Below, piece by piece: positions 16,735 through 25,648 of a stretch of 47,891 nucleotides of DNA. The stretch is taken from positions 1 to 47,891 of IMG/VR virus record IMGVR_UViG_3300043493_000024; one strand, written 5' to 3'. A program made the position numbers and the translations under genes. This DNA is from a virus (lineage: Duplodnaviria > Caudoviricetes). The notes under the pieces are model-generated. The model had not been told where the DNA came from. It saw nothing but the letters and a program-made list of their open reading frames with translations, and did not search any database. Numbering within the stretch: position 1 is the stretch's first letter; the number at the start of each line of letters is the position of its first letter.

Positions 16735-18330
16735 ATGAACATACAATCGGACAAAAAACAATTTAGTGTATTGAGTGCTGCAACGTCTGTATTGCGTAAT
16801 GGTTTAGCGGCGTTTATGGGATATTCCCATTTAGGTCAACGTGATTTATTCAAACAATTTGGATATGCGCGCGATTTACAATTTAGAGATTTTGCGGGAT
16901 TGTATCGTCGTAACGCGGTAGCAGCTAGAATTATTCGTGCGTTTCCGAGTGCAACTTGGAAAGATTGCCCTAGTGTATTGGATGATGTTAATAAAGATGT
17001 TGATTCTACATTTGAAGTTGCATGGCAAGATTTTTATGAGCAACACCGGGTTGGATTTTATTTTGAGCGCGCGGATCGACTAGCAGGATTAGGCCATTAC
17101 TCAGTTTTGCTGCTAGGTTTTGCCGATGGTTTGTTAGATAAACCATTACCAGAAGGTTCGCAAGAATTATTATATATGTCGCCATATTCGGAAGATAATG
17201 CAAACATTGATAGTTTTGATTTGAATGTAACAAGCGAACGTTTTGGATTGCCGCTTATGTATACGTTAAAAAAAGGTAATCCGTTTTCAAGTGGGCGACC
17301 AACAAAGCAAACAAAATCAATTCGTGTGCATTATTCGCGCGTGATACATATTGCGGAATTGTTAGACGATGATGAAGTTTATGGGACACCACGTCTTGAA
17401 TGCACGTATAATCATTTGAAGGATTTGGAAAAGGTTGTAGGCGGTAGTGCGGAAACATTTTGGTTAAATGCACGGCAAGGTTTAGCGTTGACAATTGACA
17501 AAGATGCAAATGTTTCTGATGATACTTTAACAGATATGAAGGCGCAAGCGGAAGAATTTGAACACCAATTGCGGCGTATATTGACTATGAAAGGAATTAC
17601 GCCAACGACACTTAATGCTACTGTTGCGGACCCTGAACATAATGTTTCATGCTTGCTAGATTTGATTGCTGGCGGGCAAGGTATGCCGAAACGTATTCTT
17701 ATAGGTTCGGAACGTGGCGAGCTTGCTAGCTCGCAAGATGAATCTAACTGGTCAACACGTATCGAGGAAAGGCGCGGTGCGTTTGCAACGCCTATGGTAT
17801 TGCGGCCGTTTATTGATTGCATGATAGCGACAGGCAACTTGCCGGAACCTATTGATGGCACATATGATGTTGAATGGCCGGAAGTTGCTGCACAGTCACC
17901 AAAAGAAAAATCGGAAATTGCGGAACATAAAGCTAATGCATTGCGTTCTTATACGTCGTCGCCTGGGGCAGAATTAATTATACCGCAGCAAGAGTTTCGC
18001 GAGTGGTTAGGCGAAGCGGCGGACAGTGAATATGCAGATGATACTACAGAGCTAGACCCATTTAACGAGAATGATACTAACGTTACGTCACAATTTGCGA
18101 GCGCATTTGGTGGCAAACCGGCTGATACTGCGATGAATGGGCTGCAAATATCGTCGCTGAAAGATATTGTTATTGCAGTTGGTGCAAAGGAAATGCCACC
18201 GGACGCGGCTGTACAGTTAATTATGGCATGTTTTCCAAATATTGACGAAGTGCAAGCTAGGGCAATTATTGATCCTATGATAGCGTTTACGCCACCTAAA
18301 CCGCCAACGCCGCAAATACCACCGACGTAG
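16735..18330 (+). CDS. Portal protein (DUF1073-like)
   Basis: LYRRNAVAARII, FGLPLMY, RVHYSRVIHIAE, PKRILIGSERGELASSQD; follows TerL. Confidence 0.88.
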   Translation: MNIQSDKKQFSVLSAATSVLRNGLAAFMGYSHLGQRDLFKQFGYARDLQFRDFAGLYRRNAVAARIIRAFPSATWKDCPSVLDDVNKDVDSTFEVAWQDFYEQHRVGFYFERADRLAGLGHYSVLLLGFADGLLDKPLPEGSQELLYMSPYSEDNANIDSFDLNVTSERFGLPLMYTLKKGNPFSSGRPTKQTKSIRVHYSRVIHIAELLDDDEVYGTPRLECTYNHLKDLEKVVGGSAETFWLNARQGLALTIDKDANVSDDTLTDMKAQAEEFEHQLRRILTMKGITPTTLNATVADPEHNVSCLLDLIAGGQGMPKRILIGSERGELASSQDESNWSTRIEERRGAFATPMVLRPFIDCMIATGNLPEPIDGTYDVEWPEVAAQSPKEKSEIAEHKANALRSYTSSPGAELIIPQQEFREWLGEAADSEYADDTTELDPFNENDTNVTSQFASAFGGKPADTAMNGLQISSLKDIVIAVGAKEMPPDAAVQLIMACFPNIDEVQARAIIDPMIAFTPPKPPTPQIPPT

Positions 18331-18486
18331 GAATGAGGATATAATTGCATGGATGGAATCTACTGTGCGTCCTGGTATGGCAAAAGCACATACAATTAAA
18401 TCGCCACTGTGTACGTCAATTGCATGTGATTTAATGATGCCGATAAATGAGGCTGCTAAAGGTATTGGAATGGAAACGGAACACTA

Positions 18487-19371
18487 ATGCTTTTCGTTCG
18501 CCGTCCGCATGTTGTGAAGTTTGTTGCTAACGCTGTTTCGCGTGTTGATCCTACACGCACAATTACCATACGCAAGAAATTTGCGCGAGCTATGCGAGTT
18601 CGGTTCGCTAGATTGAAAAAAGAAATTCATATTGTAATTATAACTGAAAACGGATTCGGATTGATAACCAACAAAGTTGGTAAGTTTGATTTCACGCGCA
18701 CGGCTGATAAACATGGCGCGTTTATGGATTGGTTGCGTGCGGCCGATGAGCGGCATATTCTTAGCATACGTCACGGCACACCATTCCGCACGGCTGCTAG
18801 TACGTCATGGATGAATACCTATATTGATACAGCGTATCAACGCGGCGTAGCGCAAGCCGCTGGCAATCTCATTAAAGAAGGCGCAACGATAAGTAACCGT
18901 TTCATTGATGCTTCATTCGGTCGTCCCATTCATGCGGACGCTGTAGCGTTGCTTTACACGCGCACATATAATGATCTAGTTGGTATTACGGATGCAATGG
19001 ACAAAGCTATAAGCCGTACACTAGCGGAAGGTTTTGCTAATGGCGACGGCATGATTGATATTGCGAGAGCTATTGCAGAAAACGTTGACGGTATCGGGCG
19101 CGCACGGGCGGAAGTGCTCGCGCGTACAGAAGTTATTTCTGCACATGCGGAAGGGTCGTTGAACCTATATCAAGAGGCAGGAATTGAAGGCGTTGCGGTT
19201 GACGCTGAATTTGCCACGGCAGAAGATGACGCTGTATGCCCCGAATGCGAGGGAATGCAAGGCGATGTTATGTCGATTGAAGAAGCACGCGGAATTATTC
19301 CACTGCATCCTAACTGCCGTTGTGCGTGGCTTCCGATAGTGAATGATCCTACCGGGATTGAATTGCAATGA
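18487..19371 (+). CDS. Head morphogenesis protein (MuF/SPP1 gp7-like)
   Basis: DPTRT, RAEVLARTE, DDAVCPEC, IPLHPNCRCAW. Confidence 0.9.
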   Translation: MLFVRRPHVVKFVANAVSRVDPTRTITIRKKFARAMRVRFARLKKEIHIVIITENGFGLITNKVGKFDFTRTADKHGAFMDWLRAADERHILSIRHGTPFRTAASTSWMNTYIDTAYQRGVAQAAGNLIKEGATISNRFIDASFGRPIHADAVALLYTRTYNDLVGITDAMDKAISRTLAEGFANGDGMIDIARAIAENVDGIGRARAEVLARTEVISAHAEGSLNLYQEAGIEGVAVDAEFATAEDDAVCPECEGMQGDVMSIEEARGIIPLHPNCRCAWLPIVNDPTGIELQ

Positions 19372-19517
19372 TAACACAATGGCGCAATTGGTGGAAACTT
19401 TGGCCGCGTTATAGTTGGCATTCTGATATGTCAACTAATTACGGATATAATGATTATGAATCAACATTAAATGAATTTTCTTTTGGCCCATTTCTATATA
19501 CATGGTACTCATTATGA
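19368..19517 (+). CDS. Aromatic-rich micro-ORF (49 aa), not in the ORF track
   Basis: MITQWRNWWKLWPRYSWHSDM...; ATGA overlaps with MuF and with the next gene. Confidence 0.5.
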   Translation: MITQWRNWWKLWPRYSWHSDMSTNYGYNDYESTLNEFSFGPFLYTWYSL

Positions 19518-20152
19518 CGCAAGAATTATGGACCGTTCCGAAAGTGTGGGTAAAAGATCGCGTTTTTATCATTGGCGGTGGTCCGTCATTGTTGCAAACA
19601 CCATATTTGAATCGTGTCGGATTGAGTACGTTGCGATTTATAAAAGGTGTGCGTAGTCGAGTTATTGCAATAAATAATGCATATGAACTTTTTCCGCGTG
19701 CTGATGTGTTATATTTTGGTGACGTTGATTGGACGGACGATAACGCTAGTGAGATTGTACGCCGCTGGCGTGGTGATGAAATCATTACGCGGGTTGCTCA
19801 TAATGAAAGTTGGGGATTCAAGAGCAAGCGTCTTGCACGAGATATGCTCATCGGGTTAAGTCGGAATCCGAGTGCACTTGCAGGATGGGATAGCGGATCG
19901 AATGCAATCAATCTCGCGTACCTATACGGTGCGCGAGAGATTGTGCTTTTGGGTTTTGATATGAAAGGCGATAACTGGCACACAAAACACAAGAGGCCGA
20001 AAAAAGATGATTGTTATAATATTGATTTCATTCCATCACTGCAACGTATGGCACCGGAGCTAGCTAAGGATGGTTGCAAGGTGTGGAATGCGTCACCTGA
20101 TAGTGTGTTAGACTGTTTCGAGCGAAAAGAGCTACAGGAGTTTTTCAGATGA
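19514..20152 (+). CDS. Maf/DUF115 (MptE-like, sialyltransferase-fold) glycosyltransferase-like protein
   Basis: VFIIGGGPSL, VIAINNAY, ADVLYFGD, SGSNAINLAYLYGAREIVLLGFDM, VWNAS. Confidence 0.75.
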   Translation: MTQELWTVPKVWVKDRVFIIGGGPSLLQTPYLNRVGLSTLRFIKGVRSRVIAINNAYELFPRADVLYFGDVDWTDDNASEIVRRWRGDEIITRVAHNESWGFKSKRLARDMLIGLSRNPSALAGWDSGSNAINLAYLYGAREIVLLGFDMKGDNWHTKHKRPKKDDCYNIDFIPSLQRMAPELAKDGCKVWNASPDSVLDCFERKELQEFFR

Positions 20153-21063
20153 TACGATCAATTTATATTTCTGTTCCCGCATGGGGCGATTTATATATAG
20201 AACTTGCTGTGAATTTTACGATACCAGCAATACAAGCATCTTTACTTGAAAGTAAATTTACTGATATTCATTTTATAGTTCATACTGATAAACCAGTCGC
20301 ATTCGAGCAAGTTTTGTTTTCGTGGCAAACTCAATATGTGCCTATATCCCTAGCGCCGTTGCCGAATCGAGGAAGGCTTAACCGTATTCCAGATGTTCAT
20401 TGGGTAGCGTTCAAACAAGCACATAAAGACGTGCTAAATATGACACCAGAAGGTGCAATTGCTGTATTGTTAAATAGTGATGTAGTTGTCTCGCGTGAAA
20501 CGTTTTCGGTTGTTAATAACGCTATCGAGGATGGAAAAAAAGCTGTTGTGTCAGTTGGTATTAGAACGTCCGTTGAACAGAATGACGGCGGACCACCAAT
20601 AGGTGCTAATGCTAATGAATTGTTCAAATGGATTTGGAAACATCGCCATCACATAACGGATCAATGTATTTGGGGCAGTGGTGGTTCACGTCATCCAACA
20701 ATTTTATTTTTTGATGATGGCAAAAACGTATCAATGCACGGATTTCATTTGACGCCTATGTTTGTTTTGAAAGATCGGGAATTTATGTTTAGAGGCACAA
20801 TTGATGATGATTTGTTGCAAAATTATAGCGACGATGAAATACAATATTTGACAAATGGGGAAGCTGCATTTTGTGAAATGTCATCTGACGCAAAAGCTCA
20901 TCCTTTTAGCGAAGTGCCATTAACCGTTGACGCTGTTTTTGATTTTGGTAAGCGTCGATTTAGACCGGCGCACATTCGTAATTTTAAGCAGCGAATGCGA
21001 GTGCTTGGCAATCCAACTGTTAACCATCTTGCGGCGAATGAAATCATAGCAAGGTTTTCGTGA
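20149..21063 (+). CDS. Putative GT-A fold glycosyltransferase
   Basis: IYISVPAWGDLY...IP, FIVHTD, AVLLNSDVVVS (DxD-like position); coupled to the previous gene. Confidence 0.5.
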   Translation: MIRSIYISVPAWGDLYIELAVNFTIPAIQASLLESKFTDIHFIVHTDKPVAFEQVLFSWQTQYVPISLAPLPNRGRLNRIPDVHWVAFKQAHKDVLNMTPEGAIAVLLNSDVVVSRETFSVVNNAIEDGKKAVVSVGIRTSVEQNDGGPPIGANANELFKWIWKHRHHITDQCIWGSGGSRHPTILFFDDGKNVSMHGFHLTPMFVLKDREFMFRGTIDDDLLQNYSDDEIQYLTNGEAAFCEMSSDAKAHPFSEVPLTVDAVFDFGKRRFRPAHIRNFKQRMRVLGNPTVNHLAANEIIARFS

Positions 21064-21128
21064 TGCCTGATGTAATTTTTATATTTGTGGTAGGTTTATT
21101 GTTAGTAGTGTTGTGGAGGAGTTTGTGA
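21063..21128 (+). CDS. Single-TM micro-peptide (21 aa), not in the ORF track
   Basis: MPDVIFIFVVGLLLVVLWRSL; TGATG overlaps at both ends. Confidence 0.55.
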   Translation: MPDVIFIFVVGLLLVVLWRSL

Positions 21129-21982
21129 TGTTGACTTGCTACTATGATTTAGGAAAATGTCCGCCAACTTATGATATAGTTGCGTCACTATGTCATTTCG
21201 AACAAGTGAGAATTGACCGTGGTGAGCAAACTGGAAAGATTATTTTTATAGCAGGGCCTAATCAAGGCTTTCGTTTTGATGAATTTTGGCCGTTTACGAT
21301 TCAAGAGCGGCATAAAATGTTAGCAAATGTTGCTATACCGATGGCGCGAATGTTGCCAAAATTTACAGTTGAATTTCAAGATGGACCATGTAGCGCCGTT
21401 AAGGGATCAATCGGTTACGGACAACGTCGATATGGTTTGAATGTTTTAGTTGCTGCTATGACAAATGGTATAAGACCGCTAGTTTCGCCACGATCTTTAG
21501 AAGATGCTGGAATTTTGAAATATTCAAATATTGTTACTATGACATTGAGAGAATGTGAACACTGGCCAGAACGTAATTGTGATTTAGTTGAATGGAGCGT
21601 TGCTGCAAAAGAATTACAAATAATGGGTTTTGAAGTTATAATAATCCGCGATACATTACACGCAAACGATATTTTTTCTTATATAGAGACTTGCCCAAAT
21701 GCTTCACATAATATTGATTTTCGTGCAAACGTTTATAAACTCGCATATCGCAATTTATTCGTAAATAACGGGCCAGCGTGGTTTGCAATGGCGCTAGATG
21801 CTCCGGTGATTATGTTGAAACCAACTATTGAAGGTTTAATGCGAACGTGCTCGAAAGAATATTTTGCGCAATGTGGAATACCGGAAGGTGAACAAATACC
21901 TAACGCGCCCACATATCAGCAATTAGTGTGGGAAGATGATACAACGGAAAATATTGTGGCGGCATTTAATGCGTCCCGCTAA
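21128..21982 (+). CDS. Putative GT-B fold (GT9-like) glycosyltransferase
   Basis: VTMTLRE...PERNCDLVEWSVAAKEL...GFEVIIIRD...RANVYKLAYRNLFVNNGPAWFAMALDAPVI resembles a GT9 C-terminal domain; GGAGGAG RBS. Confidence 0.55.
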   Translation: MLTCYYDLGKCPPTYDIVASLCHFEQVRIDRGEQTGKIIFIAGPNQGFRFDEFWPFTIQERHKMLANVAIPMARMLPKFTVEFQDGPCSAVKGSIGYGQRRYGLNVLVAAMTNGIRPLVSPRSLEDAGILKYSNIVTMTLRECEHWPERNCDLVEWSVAAKELQIMGFEVIIIRDTLHANDIFSYIETCPNASHNIDFRANVYKLAYRNLFVNNGPAWFAMALDAPVIMLKPTIEGLMRTCSKEYFAQCGIPEGEQIPNAPTYQQLVWEDDTTENIVAAFNASR

Positions 21983-22184
21983 ACGATCAAATGATGAATT
22001 ATTACAATGGGCAACTCGCATACTTGCGCGCGAGCAAGAGGCAATGTTGTACGGTACAGTTTCATTTGAATTTGAAAATGGTGTGATTCGACGTACCGTG
22101 ACAAATAAATCCGAGTTGCCCACACCATCGGAAACGCTTGCAGGGCCTAGGCTTGTGCAGCCTCTTGACAACGCGAGCGGATAA
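21969..22184 (+). CDS. Small protein with a YezD/DUF2292-like helix plus beta-hairpin (candidate RNA-binding regulator)
   Basis: ELLQWATRILAREQEAMLYGTVSFEFENGVIRRTVTNKSE; YG-x-hxhxhxx-G-x-h pattern; family resemblance from memory. Confidence 0.5.
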   Translation: MRPAKRSNDELLQWATRILAREQEAMLYGTVSFEFENGVIRRTVTNKSELPTPSETLAGPRLVQPLDNASG

Positions 22185-22193
22185 GTGTAGGGC
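22165..22193 (+). promoter_or_regulatory. Putative promoter for the capsid-tail operon
   Basis: CTTGACA-N17-TAGGGC. Confidence 0.45.
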
Positions 22194-22221
22194 GGATTTG
22201 CTGCTAGGGTGATACTCTTTT

Positions 22222-22280
22222 GGCTATCGGAACAACCGGGGCCACACTGTCCGCAAGGATCGTGTGGCCTTTGGCTTTTT
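22222..22280 (+). terminator. Leader terminator overlapped by an alternative (antiterminator-like) hairpin
   Basis: Terminator GGCCACAC-TGTCC-GCAA-GGATC-GTGTGGCC-TTTGGCTTTTT (22240-22280); alternative hairpin GGCT-A-TCGG-AACAA-CCGG-GGCC (22222-22243) shares GGCC. Confidence 0.7.
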
Positions 22281-22292
22281 GGTAATTAGCTA

Positions 22293-23624
22293 ATGAAGTT
22301 GATTGTGAATAAATGCGGTTGTGATGATGCTAGCGGCTTTGCTGGCGTTTCAATTATTTCTAATTTTGCGCCGCAAGTACGTCGCACAACTTATCAGAAT
22401 CGCGCGACGTTAATTGTTCCAGTTGTGATGTTGCGGCAAGCTGTGGTTAACGGCGCATTTGTTTCTAAAGATCAATTGCACCCTGAAAGTTGGAACGGTG
22501 TTCCAGTTACTTTGCGGCATCCTTCAAATGACGATGATGAATTTGTTTCCGCAAACGATCCTGTAGCACTTGAAAAGTTTTCAGTTGGCCGCATTTTTAA
22601 TTCACATATTGATGGTGACAAGCTTAAAGGCGAAGCTTGGATTGATATTGAAAAAGCAAATTCTGTATATCCCGGTATTGTTGCTATGCTTGAAAGCGGA
22701 AAGCCGATGGACGTTTCGACCGGATACTTCGCATTGCGTGATAACACGGATGGAACGTATCTAGGTAAGCAATACAAAGTCAAACATCATGATTTGAAAC
22801 CGGACCATCTTGCATTGTTGCCCGATGAATCGGGCGCGTGCTCATGGCTTGATGGTTGCGGCGTGCGGGCAAATATGGAGGTTGATACTATGAACGTTAA
22901 AGAGTTTGTTGCGCTGATTACAAATACAATCGGTGGCAATGAATCGGAAACGATCATTAACGAGTTGATTGGAAATACGGCTGCGCCGTTTGTGGAACCT
23001 GACCGCGAAAGCTTGCGCGCTATGCGGAAAGAAGTGCTTGCAGGATTGAAAACAACGTACCTGAAAGGTGAAACAATGAGCACGAAGCCAAAGCCTTTTG
23101 TTGCGGCCGAATTGAAAGCGGCCGGATATGATGACGCTGCTATTGCTCGCATTATTGCAGCTTCGGCGGAACCGCCAAAGGAAAAGACTGCGGCGGAAAT
23201 TGCGGCCGAAAAAGCGGCTAGTGATGCTGCTATTGCGGCTGGCAAGCAACCGTTGCCAGCTACGGTTGCGGAAATGAATGCGCTTATTGCAAATGGTGTT
23301 GTTGCTGCACTTAAAACAGCAATGCCGCTTGCACTTGCTGAATCGCGGCGGCCGGAATTGCTTGTAAAAGTTATTGCACATACGGCACATACAAAAGAAG
23401 CAGCCGAAAAGATGGATACGGCAACGCTTGAAATTATCGTTGCAGGTTTGAAGCCTGTGGCGGTTGCTGGCGTGCGCAATTTTAGCGGTCGTCAAGTTCC
23501 GAATGCTGGCAAGAGTGGTGACGATGATGCAAAGTTTGCAAAGTCAATGGTGCCGCTTTCAATGGCGGATTACGTAGCTAATCAGAATGCGGCGAAAGTT
23601 GCCGCGAATGCAGGAGTAAAATAA
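22293..23624 (+). CDS. Prohead protease/scaffold (DUF2213-like)
   Basis: WNGVPVTLRHP, MDVSTGY, PDHLALLPDESGACSWLDGCG; Ala-rich scaffold-like C-terminus. Confidence 0.85.
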   Translation: MKLIVNKCGCDDASGFAGVSIISNFAPQVRRTTYQNRATLIVPVVMLRQAVVNGAFVSKDQLHPESWNGVPVTLRHPSNDDDEFVSANDPVALEKFSVGRIFNSHIDGDKLKGEAWIDIEKANSVYPGIVAMLESGKPMDVSTGYFALRDNTDGTYLGKQYKVKHHDLKPDHLALLPDESGACSWLDGCGVRANMEVDTMNVKEFVALITNTIGGNESETIINELIGNTAAPFVEPDRESLRAMRKEVLAGLKTTYLKGETMSTKPKPFVAAELKAAGYDDAAIARIIAASAEPPKEKTAAEIAAEKAASDAAIAAGKQPLPATVAEMNALIANGVVAALKTAMPLALAESRRPELLVKVIAHTAHTKEAAEKMDTATLEIIVAGLKPVAVAGVRNFSGRQVPNAGKSGDDDAKFAKSMVPLSMADYVANQNAAKVAANAGVK

Positions 23625-24071
23625 ATGTCAAGTTCTGACACTCCGAAAACCATTCTGTTAAAAGGTGATCCAATTTCGCTTGAAGGCGCGGCTGCGGCTG
23701 CAAGTGCAATCAAGCCCGGAATGTTGGTTGAACAAATCGCCGCTGGTACATATCGCGCACACGCGAGCGCGGGTGGTAACGCTGCAAAGATTTTTGCGCG
23801 TGAAGCTGATTATGTCGGCGGCGGGATTGATGATGTGTACGATGTTGGCGAAAACGTCGTCATGTGGCATTGTAAGCCGGGTGACTGGATTTATGCATTC
23901 TTGAAAGCCGGTCAAGACGTGACAATCGGTACGTTTCTTGAAAGTGCTGGCGATGGTAGTTTGCGCGATACTGGAACAAGCGGTTATGCTATCGCAAAAG
24001 CGGTAGAAGCGGTTGACAATGCTCCCGGTGTCGGCGGCGCGGCCGTCCGTATTAAAGTGGAGGTCGTGTAA
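23625..24071 (+). CDS. Capsid decoration protein
   Basis: Small Ala/Gly-rich beta protein between protease and MCP (IKPGMLVE, LESAGDGSLR). Confidence 0.7.
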   Translation: MSSSDTPKTILLKGDPISLEGAAAAASAIKPGMLVEQIAAGTYRAHASAGGNAAKIFAREADYVGGGIDDVYDVGENVVMWHCKPGDWIYAFLKAGQDVTIGTFLESAGDGSLRDTGTSGYAIAKAVEAVDNAPGVGGAAVRIKVEVV

Positions 24072-25168
24072 TGTTTAAGAAATATCTTCTTTCCGGTACT
24101 GCTAGCATTGTTGCGCACGCAATCGGTGATGACTTCGGGATTGATAGTGCAGCATCTAGCGGTGCATCTGATTTGCTTAACGTGCTAGCGCGCCGTCCGT
24201 TCATTGATCCAAATGACGGTGAAAGCAAAATTGTCGTAAATCATGGTGGCGGTAATTACGGAACGCTGGTAACGAATGCGCCAGCAACGTTGCAATATCA
24301 GGAATGGCTTGATATTGATCGCACTGTTATCGAAGTTGGTGTGCGCCGTCTTGTCGGTATTGCTGACTTGCAGTCGCGCGGTCTTACACACCCATTAGGA
24401 TCAATCGGCGTTACTGTGTCGCTTTGGGATCGTTCCAGCGATATGACTGGTGCTGACGTTGATATGTCGGGAGTTACTCCGGGTGAGGAAGATACGCCCG
24501 CATATCTGACCGCTAGCGTTCCTGTACCAGTGATTCATAAAGATTTCCGTATTAACTTGCGGCGTCTTGAAGCTTCGCGACGTTTTGGCGAAGCAATTGA
24601 CGTTACTGCGGCCAACATTGCATCGCGTGTTGTTGCGGAAGCTTCCGAGAATATGTTGTTTGCCGGTGATCCTATTGTTGTTGAGGGTGCTACAATTTAC
24701 GGATATACAAACCATCCTGATCGAAATCAGGTTGATATGGCGGTATCTTGGGCGTCGATTGCACAAGCTGACAACGACGACATTGTTGCCGATGCTTCTG
24801 CAATGTTGCAAGCGGCGCGGAATGACCGCCACTATGGTCCGTTTATAATGTATATTCCTGCCGCGTATGAGTTCAAGTTGGATCAAGATTACCGCGCGAG
24901 CGATAACCGCACATTGCGGCAACGCTTGCTTAGTCTTGGCGGTTTGCAAGACATTAAGATTGCCGATTTTATGGCAACTGATAACGTTGTACTTGTCGAG
25001 TTGGATCGCATGACGGTTGATCTTGCTACCGCACAAGATATAACGACAGTTCAATGGTCGCACATGGGCGGAATGCAAGAGCGCTTCAAGGTTATGGCAA
25101 TTTGGGTGCCGCGCCTTAAATCCGATTTTGATGGTCGGTCGGGTATCGTGCATCTGTTGCCGTTGTAA
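24071..25168 (+). CDS. Major capsid protein, encapsulin/Linocin-M18-like HK97 fold
   Basis: EWLDIDRTV...RRLVGIADL, VPVPVIHKDFRINLRRLEASR, IYGYTNHPDR, HYGPF; position in the head module. Confidence 0.88.
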   Translation: MFKKYLLSGTASIVAHAIGDDFGIDSAASSGASDLLNVLARRPFIDPNDGESKIVVNHGGGNYGTLVTNAPATLQYQEWLDIDRTVIEVGVRRLVGIADLQSRGLTHPLGSIGVTVSLWDRSSDMTGADVDMSGVTPGEEDTPAYLTASVPVPVIHKDFRINLRRLEASRRFGEAIDVTAANIASRVVAEASENMLFAGDPIVVEGATIYGYTNHPDRNQVDMAVSWASIAQADNDDIVADASAMLQAARNDRHYGPFIMYIPAAYEFKLDQDYRASDNRTLRQRLLSLGGLQDIKIADFMATDNVVLVELDRMTVDLATAQDITTVQWSHMGGMQERFKVMAIWVPRLKSDFDGRSGIVHLLPL

Positions 25169-25183
25169 AGAAAAGGGTAAAAC

Positions 25184-25648
25184 ATGACAAATACAAGCAC
25201 GCAAGCATGGCCGTCACAAGCTACACAACCTGCCGCACCTAGCACACAAGCTGCATCTGTAACAGCCACGCAACAAAATCCTTTGCCGGGTACGCAAGCT
25301 GCACCCGGTACGCCGCTTTATGCACGTCAGCAAACGCGCCGCAAGTTATCGGCTGCACACCCTGATAACACGGAACCGAAACGGTGCTATCGCATTTTAC
25401 GTGGTCAATATACACGTCGCGAGTATGCCACTGGCGATAAGAAGGGGGCGTTTGTTCATTATGCCGCTGGTACGTCACGCGATACACTTGAAATGACGGA
25501 CGCGGAATCGGAACGTTTCGGCCGCAAGTTTCTTGTCGAGGTAACGAGCGGCGGACTCGAAAAACCTACGCAAGAGCAAGTTGCGTATGTTGAAAGTCAG
25601 AAACGAGTGTCGGCGCGAGTTGGCGCAAAGGGTAAAGAAGTTGCGTAA
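25184..25648 (+). CDS. Hypothetical protein after the MCP (Thr/Gln/Pro/Ala-rich N-terminus)
   Basis: RBS and TAATG coupling. Confidence 0.7.
   Translation: MTNTSTQAWPSQATQPAAPSTQAASVTATQQNPLPGTQAAPGTPLYARQQTRRKLSAAHPDNTEPKRCYRILRGQYTRREYATGDKKGAFVHYAAGTSRDTLEMTDAESERFGRKFLVEVTSGGLEKPTQEQVAYVESQKRVSARVGAKGKEVA

Noticed and set aside
16735-18330. Anti-CBASS (Acb1) label sometimes given to DUF1073 proteins
   Set aside because: Position and motifs indicate a portal; no 2H-phosphodiesterase HxT pair is evident in the C-terminal extension
24071-25168. Bacterial encapsulin nanocompartment operon
   Set aside because: Flanked by phage protease, decoration and neck genes, with no cargo enzyme
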